Part shown: positions 20,845-33,070 of the stretch, piece by piece
Layout of the letters: each line of letters begins with the position of its first letter
Position numbering within the stretch: the stretch's first letter is position 1
Assembly (NCBI RefSeq): GCF_001194135.2
Contig: NC_068989.1
Span: 56,048,003-56,082,737 of the forward strand
Reading direction: 5' to 3'
Origin: Octopus bimaculoides
Taxonomy: Eukaryota
DNA length: 34,735 nt
Position numbers and translations under genes: made by a program
Notes under the pieces: generated by a model
Seen by the model: only the letters and a program-made list of their open reading frames with translations
Database searches by the model: none
What the model was told of the DNA's origin: nothing

Positions 20845-20975
20845 AGGTCAGCTTTGCCTTTCATCTTTTCGAGGTCGATAAATTAAGTACTAGTTGCATA
20901 CTGGGGTCGATCTAGTCGACTGGCCCCCTCCTCCAAAATTTCAGGCATTGTGCCTAGAGTAGAAAAGAATATTTT
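20845..20975 (+). mobile_element. SINE family C, 3' half
   Basis: gaggtcagctttgcctttcatc...ctggggtcgatctagtcgactggccccctcc...gtgcctagagtagaaaagaat. Confidence 0.88.
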
Positions 20976-21199
20976 AGTGACTTTGCTTTATTTGTCAACT
21001 TACAACAAAAGCAGCATAAGCATTCAAAGTAGAGGCCATCGTGTTTCATCATCTGAAGCCACCTTTCTACCAGTTTTTTTGTTTTCATGCTGATACCAGT
21101 TATTGTCCTTTGAAGCAAAGAACTACTTTGCTGAAACTTCTACCTCCTCATGGTTGAGGAAGCATTGCAAAGACAGGAAGTGGGCTCATTGCAATGGTA

Positions 21200-21412
21200 A
21201 TAATTTTTTGTACTATAGGTACAAGACCTGAAATTTGGTGGGAAGGGATTGCTGATTACATCGATCCCAGTGCTTGACTGATACTTATTTCATCAACCTT
21301 GGAAGGATGAAAGGTGAAGTTGACCTTAGAATTTGAACTCAGGACATGAAGATGGGTGAAAATGTTGTTAAGCATTTAGTCTGGCATGCTAACAGTTCTG
21401 CCAGCTTGCCAC
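21200..21412 (-). mobile_element. SINE family C
   Basis: actataggtacaagacctgaaattt...ggaaggatgaaaggtgaagttgacc...ctaacagttctgccagcttgcc. Confidence 0.85.
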
Positions 21413-21416
21413 TTGC

Positions 21417-21860
<444 letters not shown>

Positions 21861-22029
21861 CCAATGATTCTATTAGTTTAATAATCAAAATAATTGTAAT
21901 GATAATAATAAAAATAATAATAGCAATAATAATAATAATAATAATAATAATAAGGAAAAAGGGAGGATGTAGAGGGAGAATAATCATTCCTTTATTGACC
22001 CCCAAGGTAATAAAATGGTACAAAAATAA

Positions 22030-22345
22030 GAACTGTTCACGAGTGGTTATTGGCACTCTGTTGGTTAAAATGACAGAAGTTCCAGTTGATCTGATCAGTG
22101 GAACATCCTGCTCGTGAAATTAACATACAAGTGGCTGAGCCCTCCTTATACACATGTACCCTTAATGTAGTTCTTAAGGAGGTTTAGTGTGACACAGAAC
22201 ATGTACAGCTCATTTTTGCCATCTGAGTGGACTGGAGCAGCATGAAATAAAGCGTCTTGCCCAAGGACACAATGGACTGCTAGGAACTGAACTCACAGCT
22301 TTACGATTGTGAGCCAAATATACTAAACGCTAAGCCACATGCTTT
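22030..22345 (-). mobile_element. SINE family B
   Basis: Reverse complement of 11882-12208. Confidence 0.85.
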
Positions 22346-22480
22346 AACTACTAGTGGTTACAAAGACAGAAAGGACAACAGGGAGTGTTAAAAAACACAA
22401 GAAGAAATTAGAAAACAGGGTGGAAGTTATAAAATATATGAAAGGAAGTATTAAAAATGTTAATGGTACACACACACACA

Positions 22481-23048
22481 CTCTAACTCTTACTCTAACC
22501 ATCACCCTAACCTTAACTCTTACCCTAACACTCACTCTAACTTTAATCCTAACTCTAACTCTAACCCATGACTTATCCTAATCCTAACTCAAACCTTAAT
22601 GTTAGCCCTAACCCTAAGCCCTAAATCTAACCCAAACCTTAAAGCTAACCCTACCCAAAATCCTAACATTTATGCTAACCCTAACCCCTAATCCTGACCC
22701 TGATCCTAACCCTAATCCTGACATTAACTGCAAACTATCCCTTGTTGTAACACTAAATCTAACACATCCAACCCTAAATTAAACCTTTAACCTTAATCCT
22801 AATCCTGACCTTTACTTTGACCCTTACCCTAATTTTGACATTAACCCTCACCCCAACCATAACCATAACCATAACCATAACTTTATCATAACTCTAAACC
22901 TAGCCCTGACCCTATCCCTAATCCTAATGCTAGTCCTCCATCCAAACTCAGTCCCTAATATTAACCTCTAACCTCTAGCCCTTACTCTAACCCTAACCCC
23001 AGACCCTAAACCCTTACTCTATCTCTGTCTCCAACCTTAACCATAACA
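22481..23048. repeat. Degenerate (CCCTAA)n telomere-like hexamer array
   Basis: 6-nt periodicity (ctaacc, ccctaa, cataac, ctgacc variants) over ~570 bp. Confidence 0.85.
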
Positions 23049-23135
23049 CTACATACACATACACACATAAGATTAGTTATACACACATTAGTATATACAC
23101 ATTAATACTTACACACATATCTATAAATACATCTA

Positions 23136-23176
<41 letters not shown>

Positions 23177-23919
23177 AAACATACATATGCACCTGTACAT
23201 GCACAAATATGCACTTGTACATACATACACACATCCATATGCAGACACATATGCATATACACACATTTTTGCGCAGAAATAAAAACAATACAATAAAGCA
23301 CACAATAATTAAAACAAAATATAATTTTGTTGTAGTGGAAATGGTACACCCCTCCCATGGGGCAAGTGAGACGATGTCAGCCAGTACAGGGAGTTGTGTG
23401 TCAGTCATTGTAGAGTCATTGTATGAGTTCTCAGTTGGAGTTAAGTGTCAGTTAAGTATTATAGTCAAGTTCAAGTCACAATCGAGGTAGGCAGTTCAAA
23501 TGCGGTGTCTTGCAGAGCTATCAGCAATAGCATGATAGACAAAAGTGGTGTATTACCATTCCAGTATAAAAGTGATACACTGTATCCAATACCAAGAAAA
23601 TATCGTGGTTACTAGAGTAGATACAACAGCTACAGTCACAACAGTGGCTACACATTATAAGTGTGGAAAACAACCACATCATAACAAATTTAAAGAAATA
23701 AGTTATGATTTTCTAACTAGAATAAATTAGGGCTTTCCATGACCTTGTTATCTTAATCATTCTGAAATCGTGTTTGTGGGCAGCTAATTGTACTATGAAG
23801 CATTTTTGAGACATTTGGTGTTGGAAAAACACCATCTTCAGGGTAATCTCTTTTGAGAATGCCTTGATTTGATTATATGGATTCATTCCTCCTCCCTTAT
23901 TTTCATCGTTTTATGTTGA

Positions 23920-24600
23920 GTCAACTTATTCTGTGATGCTCTTCTGTTTTCCTTTTGTGTTTTGATGACACTTTTGAGAAGATACTATCGGTTGGTACTG
24001 CTAGGAGACAAGGCACTTGTTCATTTATTTGTGATACTGGGTCTAAAGATATTTCCTTTGCTATTCCATAAGCTTTGGATGGCAGTGCTTTGGAAACTGG
24101 AGTTGCTTTTTTTTTTTTTTGCTGTTGTTCTTCATAATTTTCCTTCCCCTTGTTTTTGATTACTCATCCCAGTTCTTCCAGTCATTCAGTTCTGAGGCTT
24201 GTAACTACTAGGCTTTCTACCCTGTATCATCAATACCACACCCTTTGCTTTTATGGCCTTCAGATGTCATTAGTACTTACAGGTCCATTTTGACAACCAA
24301 TGACTACAGCTCACTTTCTATTAAGCCTATTTTAACCAATCTTCTGTCTCATGACCCAAAAGTCCCTACTACCGATGGGTCTACATTGTGCCCAATGTTT
24401 CTTATTGTAATTCATGTGTTTCTTTTACTCATCTACTAAGGCATAAATGTATACTCAGAGGTATATCCCACAAATTCAGCCTATGTTTTGACTGCATCTT
24501 CAGTTTTAAAAGTATGCCAGATAGTGGCATAGCTTCTGTTTTCTCAATTGAAATAATTTCTCCCAATGTGTCCTGGAGGGTTTGTTGTGCTAGTTGACAT
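23920..24600 (-). mobile_element. Possible decayed LINE ORF1-like (gag-like) segment
   Basis: Fragments GRKPSSYK and EGHKSKGC, plus an 80-codon Lys-rich open stretch at 23924-24163; weak resemblance only. Confidence 0.25.
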
Positions 24601-24823
24601 GAGGGAAAATTTAGTCTCCTTTTGTCTTTTCTTGTGGCTAAGCAAAGCTGTCGGAATTTACAAAATCCTCCCTGCTACATTTTTTTTCTGATAACTGTGC
24701 TAGGTCCAAAAATTCCAATTCCATCGACGCAATTTGTACTGAAAGGAAATTTTTCTTCACACAGCTGCTATATGCAGTATTTAGAATCATATAACAATAA
24801 CAACAACAACAATAATAATAATT

Positions 24824-25295
24824 GATGCTCTGAGACCAGACACTGTTGTAGTGGATAAAGGGAAAAGAAAACTAGGGTCATAGATATTGCCATACTTGGG
24901 GATGCAAGCATAGGTGACAAAGAGCTGGAAAAGGTAGAAAAATACAAATTACTAAAAGATGAAATTGCCAGAATGTGGGCAATGATGAGAGTAACTGTTA
25001 TTCCATTAGTTGTAGGGGCATTCGAAGCACTAACAACTAAGTTTGAGAAATATGTTGGAGAAATTGGAATTGACAAGAGGATAGAGTATGCCCACCAAAA
25101 TGCACAAGTGGGGACAACTAAGATTTTGAGATTGGGACTTGGGTGTTGAGTATCTTCAGTAAAAATTAACGCTTAAGTACCAAATTTTATCATTTGTGGA
25201 AAGTGACCCAGTGAGACCTTTAACAACAGGATGCTGTCTACTTGCATGGAATTAAACAGAGCAAGTAAGATCAAGCGGTCTGAGAAGTAAAAAAA
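24824..25295 (+). mobile_element. R4/Dong-clade non-LTR retrotransposon 3' fragment (RLE domain), flanked by (AAT)n
   Basis: RPDTVVVDK...DKELEKVEKYKLLKDEIARMWAMMRVTVIPLVVGAFEALT...GTTKILR: RPD...D/E-x-K RLE signature and the VVGALG-like motif. Confidence 0.88.
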
Positions 25296-25323
25296 ATATT
25301 ATAATAATAATAATGATAATAAT

Positions 25324-25445
25324 TTCTTGCAAAAATACAAAGCAAGAAATTTTGGAGACAATATTAATCATTATATTGATCCCAAGGCTTGACTGATTCT
25401 TTTAAAACTTTAGATGGGTGAAGTTAACCACAATAAGATTTTAAC
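25324..25445 (-). mobile_element. Degraded SINE family C 3' half
   Basis: gaaattttggag..ttatattgatccca..gatgggtgaagttaacc; similar to 21200-21330. Confidence 0.55.
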
Positions 25446-25616
25446 ACCCTAAAAACAGCCTAATATCAATGTACATGCAGATTTTGCAATATAGATATTA
25501 AATGTAAAACATTTGAGGGTTAGCAACCAGGAGGTATCTAGCTGTAAAACAGAGTCTCAATAATAGGTATTCATCAACCCAAGCCAGCATGATAATAAAA
25601 TTTAAATTATATACAT

Positions 25617-25655
<39 letters not shown>

Positions 25656-25667
25656 NNNNNNNNNNTA

Positions 25668-25713
<46 letters not shown>

Positions 25714-26448
25714 TATATATGTATGTATGTATGTATGTATATAAATATAAATGATGATGGTGACAACTTACATATATATCTACATACATACATATATAAT
25801 ATATATATATATACATATATACATATATATATACATATATACATACATACATACGTTCATACATATATGCACATGTACCTATATATATATAAATACACAC
25901 ACACACACACACACATATATAACAAATAAAATAGGAAACAAAATAAAAAGATGCAAAAAGAAATAAATAAATAAGTGAAAGCAAAGATAAGCAACAACAA
26001 TACCGTTAATAATAACTGCAACGGTAATAACAACAACATCATATTGTTATATTAGTAAGACTAGCCATGACAGTAACTACATTTCCACAAAGGAAGTCAT
26101 TTTTCATTTTAACTTCATAAATGTGTTTTTATTGCAGTAATTTTAGGTGATATATATTATTTTAAATACATGTGATAGCATCATGTGTGTGTGTTCTTTG
26201 AGAATGGTGTGTGTGTCGGATGGGTGTATACATAGACACACATACAGATATTTGTAGATGTGTGAGTATGTGTGTGTGTGTGCGTGTGTGTATGTGCGTG
26301 TGCTTGTGTGTGTGTAGGTATGTATGTATGTTTGTGTTTATGTACTTATGTGTAAGTATGTACAAATATATATATCTTGACTCACACATATATATGTGCA
26401 TACATCTCTCTCTCTGTATCTCTCTCTGTATCTCTCTCTCTCTCTGTC

Positions 26449-26517
<69 letters not shown>

Positions 26518-26808
26518 NNNNNNNNNNNNNNNNNNNNNNNNNNNNNNNNNNNNNNNNNNNNNNNNNNNNNNNNNNNNNNNNNNNNNNNNNNNNNNNNNNN
26601 NNNNNNNNNNNNNNNNNNNNNNNNNNNNNNNNNNNNNNNNNNNNNNNNNNNNNNNNNNNNNNNNNNNNNNNNNNNNNNNNNNNNNNNNNNNNNNNNNNNN
26701 NNNNNNNNNNNNNNNNNNNNNNNNNNNNNNNNNNNNNNNNNNNNNNNNNNNNNNNNNNNNNNNNNNNNNNNNNNNNNNNNNNNNNNNNNNNNNNNNNNNN
26801 NNNNNNNN

Positions 26809-26847
<39 letters not shown>

Positions 26848-26959
26848 TGTGTGTGTATGTAATATGTATACAGCTGAAAAACCTTTCAACAAATCACTTC
26901 AGATTCATTTCAAAACTTCTTTGAATTTGGATAAGATTCTCAAATACCTGCAAGAGAGC

Positions 26960-27425
26960 ATAATATGTCATACCCCTAAGGGAATGAGTAGAACAGGGGT
27001 TAAATATTACAGACCTACCTCTCCAATTTCATATATCAAGGAAATTATGGAAGAACAAATTGCCAGACAGAAATTTAGAAGAAAATTACCCTCTCTGTGA
27101 TGCTCAGCATGGTTTCCACCCGTCTGGAAGTTACCTCACACATCTTACATAACAGTACACCTGGATATTAAAGCAGCTGTTCAGCCAATCAAATAAACTT
27201 GTGCTATGTCTAAACTTTATAAAGATTTGCAACAAAATGTGTTCATGGACAATATGTCAATATGTCATAAGGTAGATGATCTTAGAATTGCTGGAAAATG
27301 AAGAGAATGGTTGTGTAGGACTACTATAATTCTTTGGAATTTTTTCTGTAAAAAGTAATGCTTTTTCATATGTTAGTTGAATATGCTTTTTGATCATACA
27401 TTTATAGTGTATGTAAATTAGGAGT
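26960..27425 (+). mobile_element. Decayed CR1/L2-type RT fragment
   Basis: KYYRPTSPISYIKEIMEEQI...DAQHGFHPSGSYLTHL, resembling NYRPISLTS..CKIME..I...QHGFR.GRSCLTNL. Confidence 0.75.
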
Positions 27426-27906
27426 CTGCTAAACTGGTCTAACCTAATTTGCATAACAGTTCATGCACTGATAAGGTAGATTAATTAAGTAATTAACAAG
27501 ACTAGAAACTAGTCAGTTCATTCCTATTGTTTCTACTCCTGAAGAAATAAAACCAATGTGGTAACCAATTTGGTTACTTTTTACAAGACTAAAATTCTGT
27601 TAATTAATAATGTATACACACACACACACACATGTATGTATGTATGTATGTATGTATGTATGTATGTATGTATGTATGTATGTATGTATGTATGCATGTA
27701 TGTATGTATGTATGTATGTATGTGTGTGTGTGTATATACATATATANNNNNNNNNNNNNNNNNNNNNNNNNNNNNNNNNNNNNNNNNNNNNNNNNNNNNN
27801 NNNNNNNNNNNNNNNNNNNNNNNNNNNNNNNNNNNNNNNNNNNNNNNNNNNNNNNNNNNNNNNNNNNNNNNNNNNNNNNACACACACACCCAACTTGTTT
27901 AGATAC

Positions 27907-27945
<39 letters not shown>

Positions 27946-28551
27946 ATATATATATGAGGCATCTAGACAAGTGTGAATCTCTATATGTATGTGTATTCAT
28001 GTGTATGACTGAGTTTTGATATATGAATATGTATAACAAAACTCAGAGACACTTTCTGCATGAAAACTTAACAGAGAGTGGATGCTAACATACTTGATGT
28101 AGTAAGATGAAAAATTTTAATTACAATTGCAGCTTCAGAGATTAAAGCAATCATTCTTTTTTTATAAATTACTAAAATTGGAATTTTAATTAATTAAAAC
28201 GCTTTTGCTTACTATATCAAGAATGTTTCAAGAATGTTAACACTCATTTTATGTCTAAATTTTTAAGCAGAAGCAGTCCCTGTACATATTGCCTCCACCA
28301 TCATCCTCCAACATTTTTTCCAGATATAACACCAATTCTCAGTGTTCACGGTTCTCTTGTTATTCTGGTTATGACAGTAAGACAATGTTTGACTAATGAG
28401 GTCTAATAAGACCAAAATATGCCTGGAATTGTGACCATCATGCTGAAGACCAGATTCACTTCCTACTGCATTCCATATTTAATTATCTCTCCTCCCATTT
28501 TAGACAAGAATCATTCATTTACATTGTGCAATTTTAATTTATCATAATATA

Positions 28552-28700
28552 TGAAGGTACATGACCCAGTGGTTAGGGGGTTGGCTTGATGACCATAAGG
28601 TCATAGGTTCAATTTCTAGACTGGCAGGATGTTGCACCCTTGAGAAAGAAACCTCATTTCACATTGCTCCAGTCTACACAGCTGAAAACGAGTGCCAGCC
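28552..28700 (+). mobile_element. SINE family B head
   Basis: cagtggttaggggg..cataaggtcataggttcaatttc..ccttgagaaag..atttcacattgctccag. Confidence 0.75.
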
Positions 28701-28818
28701 AACTGCTAGATAATGTCATTCTAAAAATAAACCATCACATCATTAAAATCTTCAAGTTATGAGATAATGTAGGATTAATTCCAAACAATGTGAAAAAATA
28801 AGCATTACATTTGACAGT

Positions 28819-29003
28819 AGGCAGCGAGCTGACAGAATCATTAGCATGCTGGGTGAAATGCTTAGAGTTCAAATTCCGCCAAGGTTGACGTTGTCTTTCA
28901 TCCTTTTGGGGTCAATAAAATAAGTACCAGCTGAACACTGGAGGTCAATGTAATCAACTTACTCCTCCCCCAATTGCTGGCCTTGTGCCAAAATTTGAAA
29001 TTA
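28819..29003 (+). mobile_element. SINE family C with (TTA)n tail
   Basis: ggcagcgagctgacagaatcattagc...gagttcaaattccgccaaggttgac...ggccttgtgccaaaatttgaaattattatt. Confidence 0.88.
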
Positions 29004-29034
29004 TTATTATTGTCATTTATGGTTTCCTTTCATT

Positions 29035-29190
29035 ATAATCTTATTTCAGCTGCCTTAGTAGTGGGCATCCTCTGGATGCCAACAGTAGCAAGGGCACGGT
29101 TATCTTTTGTAGTCCACAGAGATTGGAGTTACCAGGGAGTTGCTTAATATACTTCTCAGCTCCCTTCTGCATCATTCTCAACACACCAAT
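29035..29190 (-). mobile_element. R4/Dong-clade extreme C-terminal fragment
   Basis: IGVLRMMQKGAEKYIKQLPGNSNLCGLQKIT; homologous to the 31531-31672 peptide. Confidence 0.75.
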
Positions 29191-29219
29191 TATTATTATT
29201 ATTATTATTATTATTATTG

Positions 29220-29660
29220 AGTGAGTGAGCAACGCATGCCATCAAAGTGACACTGGGGTACAATTATACAAAGCTCAATATACCCATCATGGCTACCCAT
29301 CTGATAAGGGTACACCAGGCACATGCATCACAACCATATGTGCACGACATGATGATCTCATATCAAGATAAACAGCGCATGACCTCGCAGGTGGGGCCCA
29401 GTTAGAATTTTCTTCAGGTCGAGTAGCCCATCCTGCTCAAAAGATCCCTGAATAAGGGTTGTTTAAGGATGATGAATGAAACACTTATGTTTCCAGAGAT
29501 GAATTATCCAAACCCCAAAGAATTCCTCTGAACACATGGTTATGATGCTGCCCCACTACTTCTGCTCGTGATCAGAGATGCACATATCGTCAGACACTAA
29601 GAGACATGCTCAACTAGCTAAGGTCAAGCAACTGGCAAGCAAATTTGAGGTATTGAGCAA
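29220..29660 (-). mobile_element. Unclassified interspersed repeat ending in (TAA)n
   Basis: Relatively GC-rich segment whose minus strand ends ctcactcactc(aat)n; single copy in the window; no coding similarity recognised. Confidence 0.4.
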
Positions 29661-29819
29661 AATATTAGCAGTAGCTAATCTTTTATACCAAGACAAAAAC
29701 AATATGCATGATAACACTTCTAGTCAGTTAAGATTAGAAGCTATGAAAGCCACTGCCTGGTACTGCATCAGGGCATTTATTATTGTTGTTGTTCTTCTTA
29801 TTATCATTATTATTATTAT

Positions 29820-30037
29820 TAAACTGGCAAGGTAACAAAATCATTACCATGCTGGACAAAATGATTAGGTGGCATTTCTTCTGGCACTTTACATTCTGAG
29901 TTCAAATTCTGCTGGGGTCAACTTGATCTTTCAGAGTCACGGGGTCAATGAAATAAGAACCAGTCAAGTATGGGTTGATCTAATCAATTAGGCCCCTACC
30001 CAATCCTTTAAGGCTCAGTGCCCTTTGTAGAAAGGAT
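29820..30037 (+). mobile_element. SINE family C with (TTA)n tail
   Basis: attctgagttcaaattctgctggggtcaac...gtagaaaggattattattatt. Confidence 0.8.
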
Positions 30038-30051
30038 TATTATTATTGATT

Positions 30052-30520
30052 TGACTCAGGTTCATTCTTATTCCTGGTAGAATTTATGTGGGTAGCGGGT
30101 TACTACATGTCATCTTAGGTATCCACAAACTTTCAAAAGTCTTTCAAGTGCTTAAAACCCTCCTGATAACTTTTCCTGTCCTTAAGATGCAAACTTTCAG
30201 TAGAAGCTCTACAAGACTTTCTATTCCAATCTCCTTCAACCATTTGTCTATAATTTTACTAACAGTTCCCAATGTACCAATTGTTTACAGGCACAACCGT
30301 TACAATTTTCATACTCTAAATTTTGACAATGTAAAATTTTAAGGGATTATATATTTTTGTTGTTGTTTGTCCTTTTTCTTTACAATCTTGGAATCAAACA
30401 GGCATAATGGATCAAGTAGTAAGCAACTTCTCTTTTTCTTATCTATTATTGTTATGTCTGGTCTGTTATTTTCTAGTTTCTTACCAGTTTGAATAGGAAG
30501 ATCCCACTAATTTTGCATTT
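30052..30520 (-). mobile_element. R4/Dong-clade 3' fragment (RLE domain)
   Basis: KKLENNRPDITIIDKKKRSCLLLD...IGTLGTVSKIIDKWLKEIGI...GKVIRRVLST*. Confidence 0.85.
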
Positions 30521-30606
30521 TTCTAATTCCAGCCCCAATTATCATCATCATCATCATCATCATCATCATTGTTATTATTATTGTTATTATTATTATTATT
30601 ATTATG

Positions 30607-30642
<36 letters not shown>

Positions 30643-30659
30643 ATTAGCATTAATATTAT

Positions 30660-31059
30660 TATTCCACGATTGGCTCCCATACCGGTGGCACGTAAAAAGC
30701 ACCAATCGAGCGTGATCGTTACCAGCATAGCCTTACTGGCACTTGTGGCGGTGGCATGTGAAAAACAACATTCAAGCGAGGCCATTGCCAGGGCTGCTGG
30801 ACTGGCTCCTGTGCAGGTGGCACGTAAAAAATACCATTTGAGTGTGGCCATTACCAGTACCGCCTGACTGGCCCTTGTGCCGGTGGCAAGTAAAAGCATC
30901 CACTACACTCTCAGAGTGATTGGCGTTAGGAAGAGCATCCAGCTGTAGAAACTCTGCCAGATCAGATTGAAGCCTGGTGCAGCCATCTGGCTCGCCAGTT
31001 CTCAGTCAAACTGCCCAACCCATGCCAGCATGGAAAATGGACATTAAACGATGATGAAG

Positions 31060-31090
<31 letters not shown>
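30660..31090 (+). mobile_element. RTE-type 3' UTR with 3.5 tandem 66-bp units and (GAT)n tail
   Basis: Units start at 30671, 30737, 30803 and 30869; the 3' part matches 16060-16206. Confidence 0.85.
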
Positions 31091-31092
<2 letters not shown>

Positions 31093-31094
31093 CC

Positions 31095-31222
31095 ACCAAG
31101 GTCAACCTTGCCTTTCTTCCTTATGGGGTTAATAAATTAAGTACCAGTGAAACACTGAAGTTGATGTAATTGACTAGTCCCCTCCACCAAAATTTTAGAC
31201 CTTGTGCCTAGAATAGAAAGGA
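31095..31222 (+). mobile_element. SINE family C, 3' half
   Basis: aaggtcaaccttgcctttc...ccttgtgcctagaatagaaaggattatt. Confidence 0.85.
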
Positions 31223-31250
31223 TTATTGTTGTTGTTGTTGTTGTTGTTGT

Positions 31251-31282
<32 letters not shown>

Positions 31283-31344
31283 TTATTATTGTTGTTGTTG
31301 TTGTTATTCTTCTTCTTCTTCTTCTTCTTATTATTATTATTATT

Positions 31345-31670
31345 TGTTTGACTTTTGCTTTGTATTTATACAAGTTGATTCCAAGTTTCATCTAGAGACC
31401 TTAAGAGACATGTTAGAAGTTCAAGTTGGTGTTATGCCTAGGGTGTCATATATTTGGTTTTGCACATAGTATTGTTCTAGAGAATATTTAAGAAAACAAG
31501 AAAATTATAAGTTTGTTTCAAAATTCGAGATTACAGTATTTTACGTAGAATATGGGCAGTTCCCATTAGCACTATCTTTAAAATTTCTGCCACTTTGGGA
31601 TTTCCTGATATCTGAGCCAGGTAGGAATCAGTCCCTTTTGCTATCATCCCTAGGGCACCTATGACAACAG

Positions 31671-31672
<2 letters not shown>
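31345..31672 (-). mobile_element. R4/Dong-clade C-terminus plus 3' UTR
   Basis: PVVIGALGMIAKGTDSYLAQISGNPKVAEILKIVLMGTAHILRKIL* (ORF track 31531-31914). Confidence 0.85.
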
Positions 31673-31733
<61 letters not shown>

Positions 31734-31734
31734 T

Positions 31735-31854
31735 TCTGCCAAGGTCAACTTTCAGGGTTGATAAAATAAGCACCAGTTGAGCACTAAGTGTTGATGTAAT
31801 CAACTTAACCACCCAACACCAAAAAAATGCTGGCTTTGTGTCAAAATTTGAAAC

Positions 31855-31855
<1 letters not shown>
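31735..31855 (+). mobile_element. SINE family C, 3' half with long (TTA)n tail
   Basis: gccaaggtcaac...gataaaataagcaccag...gtcaaaatttgaaac(tat)n. Confidence 0.8.
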
Positions 31856-31908
<53 letters not shown>

Positions 31909-31929
31909 CATCATTACTATCCAAATGGA

Positions 31930-32312
31930 ACCAAATATTTCATAAAACTAATTCATTGCTTTACTTTGTCACCTTCAGGACAGTGCCATTCTGTGATACA
32001 CCACTACTCACAATGCTTTTAATAGTTTTGGAACACATCCTAGGGCATACTTTCAGGGTTATTTGTAATCCTCATAGAGAACCTTCAACCATCTCTCCTA
32101 TCAACTTAAATTGGCAACCTTTCAGGGTGGATTACAAATATCAGATGAAAAAAATGTCTGCATGGGGACCAACATTAGGGATTAGGGTGGCTAGGATATG
32201 AGTAATTTCATGCTTTGCCAAAAAAAGTCACAGACAAGGAGTGATGCATGAGTATTGAATTGCCATAGTGCAGCAGCATCCATGTTTTGTCTGTCCATGC
32301 CTCAGGGTACTT
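31930..32312 (-). mobile_element. Decayed mariner (DD34D) transposase C-terminal fragment
   Basis: With frameshifts: DKTWMLLHYGN..HHSLSV.FLAKHEIT..PP*SLMLVP..DIFFI*YL*STLKGCQF...MP*DVFQNY*...CIT...EGDK, matching mariner LHHDNA / PPYSPDLAP.DFFLF / CI...YFEGD motifs. Confidence 0.8.
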
Positions 32313-32320
32313 CCTATCTG

Positions 32321-32367
<47 letters not shown>

Positions 32368-32389
32368 CTCTTTGTACAATTCTATTATT

Positions 32390-32590
32390 CTTTCTATTCT
32401 TTCATTCTTTCCTTCTTTCTATCAGCCCCTTCACACTTCATTCTTCCGTTCCCCCTCTCTCACATTTCCTTGCCTTCTCTTCATGCTCACCTTCCCTCTT
32501 CTTTCACTTCACTCTGTCCCTTTCATTTTTTCTCGCCCCTCCTTATTTCTTCTATCCCTCTGCCTCTAGCTCTCTCTCTCTTCTCTCCCA
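32390..32590. repeat. Pyrimidine-rich low-complexity tract
   Basis: Direct reading. Confidence 0.8.
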
Positions 32591-32729
32591 TGTGACCACT
32601 GTTCGGCCAAGCCTGACCTTTCTTTCTTGGTTCGACTACCATCAATACAACATCTATATTCCTCCCTGTGCCTGTCAAATCTTATGTCCCTGCCATAAGT
32701 CTTTACTTCCACACACACCAACTTAATTT

Positions 32730-33070
32730 AATTCATCCTTAGTCAAAAGACACCCGTTGTTAATGTCCTGTTATTTGTATTTGTCTAACATTTCTGTTTT
32801 TTTACCGTCCTTGTTTTCGTATGCTTTCTTCCAAGGAATCTAATGCTCTTAGCTTAGTTATTCCTTGGGGCTGGCCAGAATGGAGCAATCTTGAGTATAA
32901 CCAGCTGAAATTGCAAAGATAATCTGGAACTTGACTGAGGAAAGAAAACTCCGAATGACCCATCCTTGTTTTTTTTGTATCGTCTGTCTGGATGTTTTGT
33001 AGTCCCTTTTTTGCATCACCTAATTGTCTGGATGTTTTGCATTCTTGTCCTATTTTTGTATTTTATATGT
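32730..33070. mobile_element. Probable interspersed repeat, possibly Penelope-related
   Basis: Internal duplication of gtctggatgttttg; family resemblance from memory only. Confidence 0.3.

Noticed and set aside
22481-23048. Telomerase RNA template
   Set aside because: A long degenerate array, not a single 1.5-repeat template within a structured RNA.
23133-23408. ORF with a Thr/Ser-rich stretch and a transmembrane-like segment
   Set aside because: The hydrophobic run comes from A-rich and microsatellite DNA; there is an in-frame stop just upstream and no splice support.
30671-30903. CRISPR-like repeat/spacer array
   Set aside because: The whole 66-bp unit is homologous (no unique spacers), it lies in a eukaryotic LINE 3' UTR, and there are no cas genes.
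32171-32192. attagggattagggtggctagg as a telomeric seed
   Set aside because: Explained by the mariner PPYSPDL motif read on the opposite strand.
32925-32960. CTGAGGA...TCCGAA hammerhead-like motif
   Set aside because: Stems II and III cannot be drawn convincingly; would need a family consensus.
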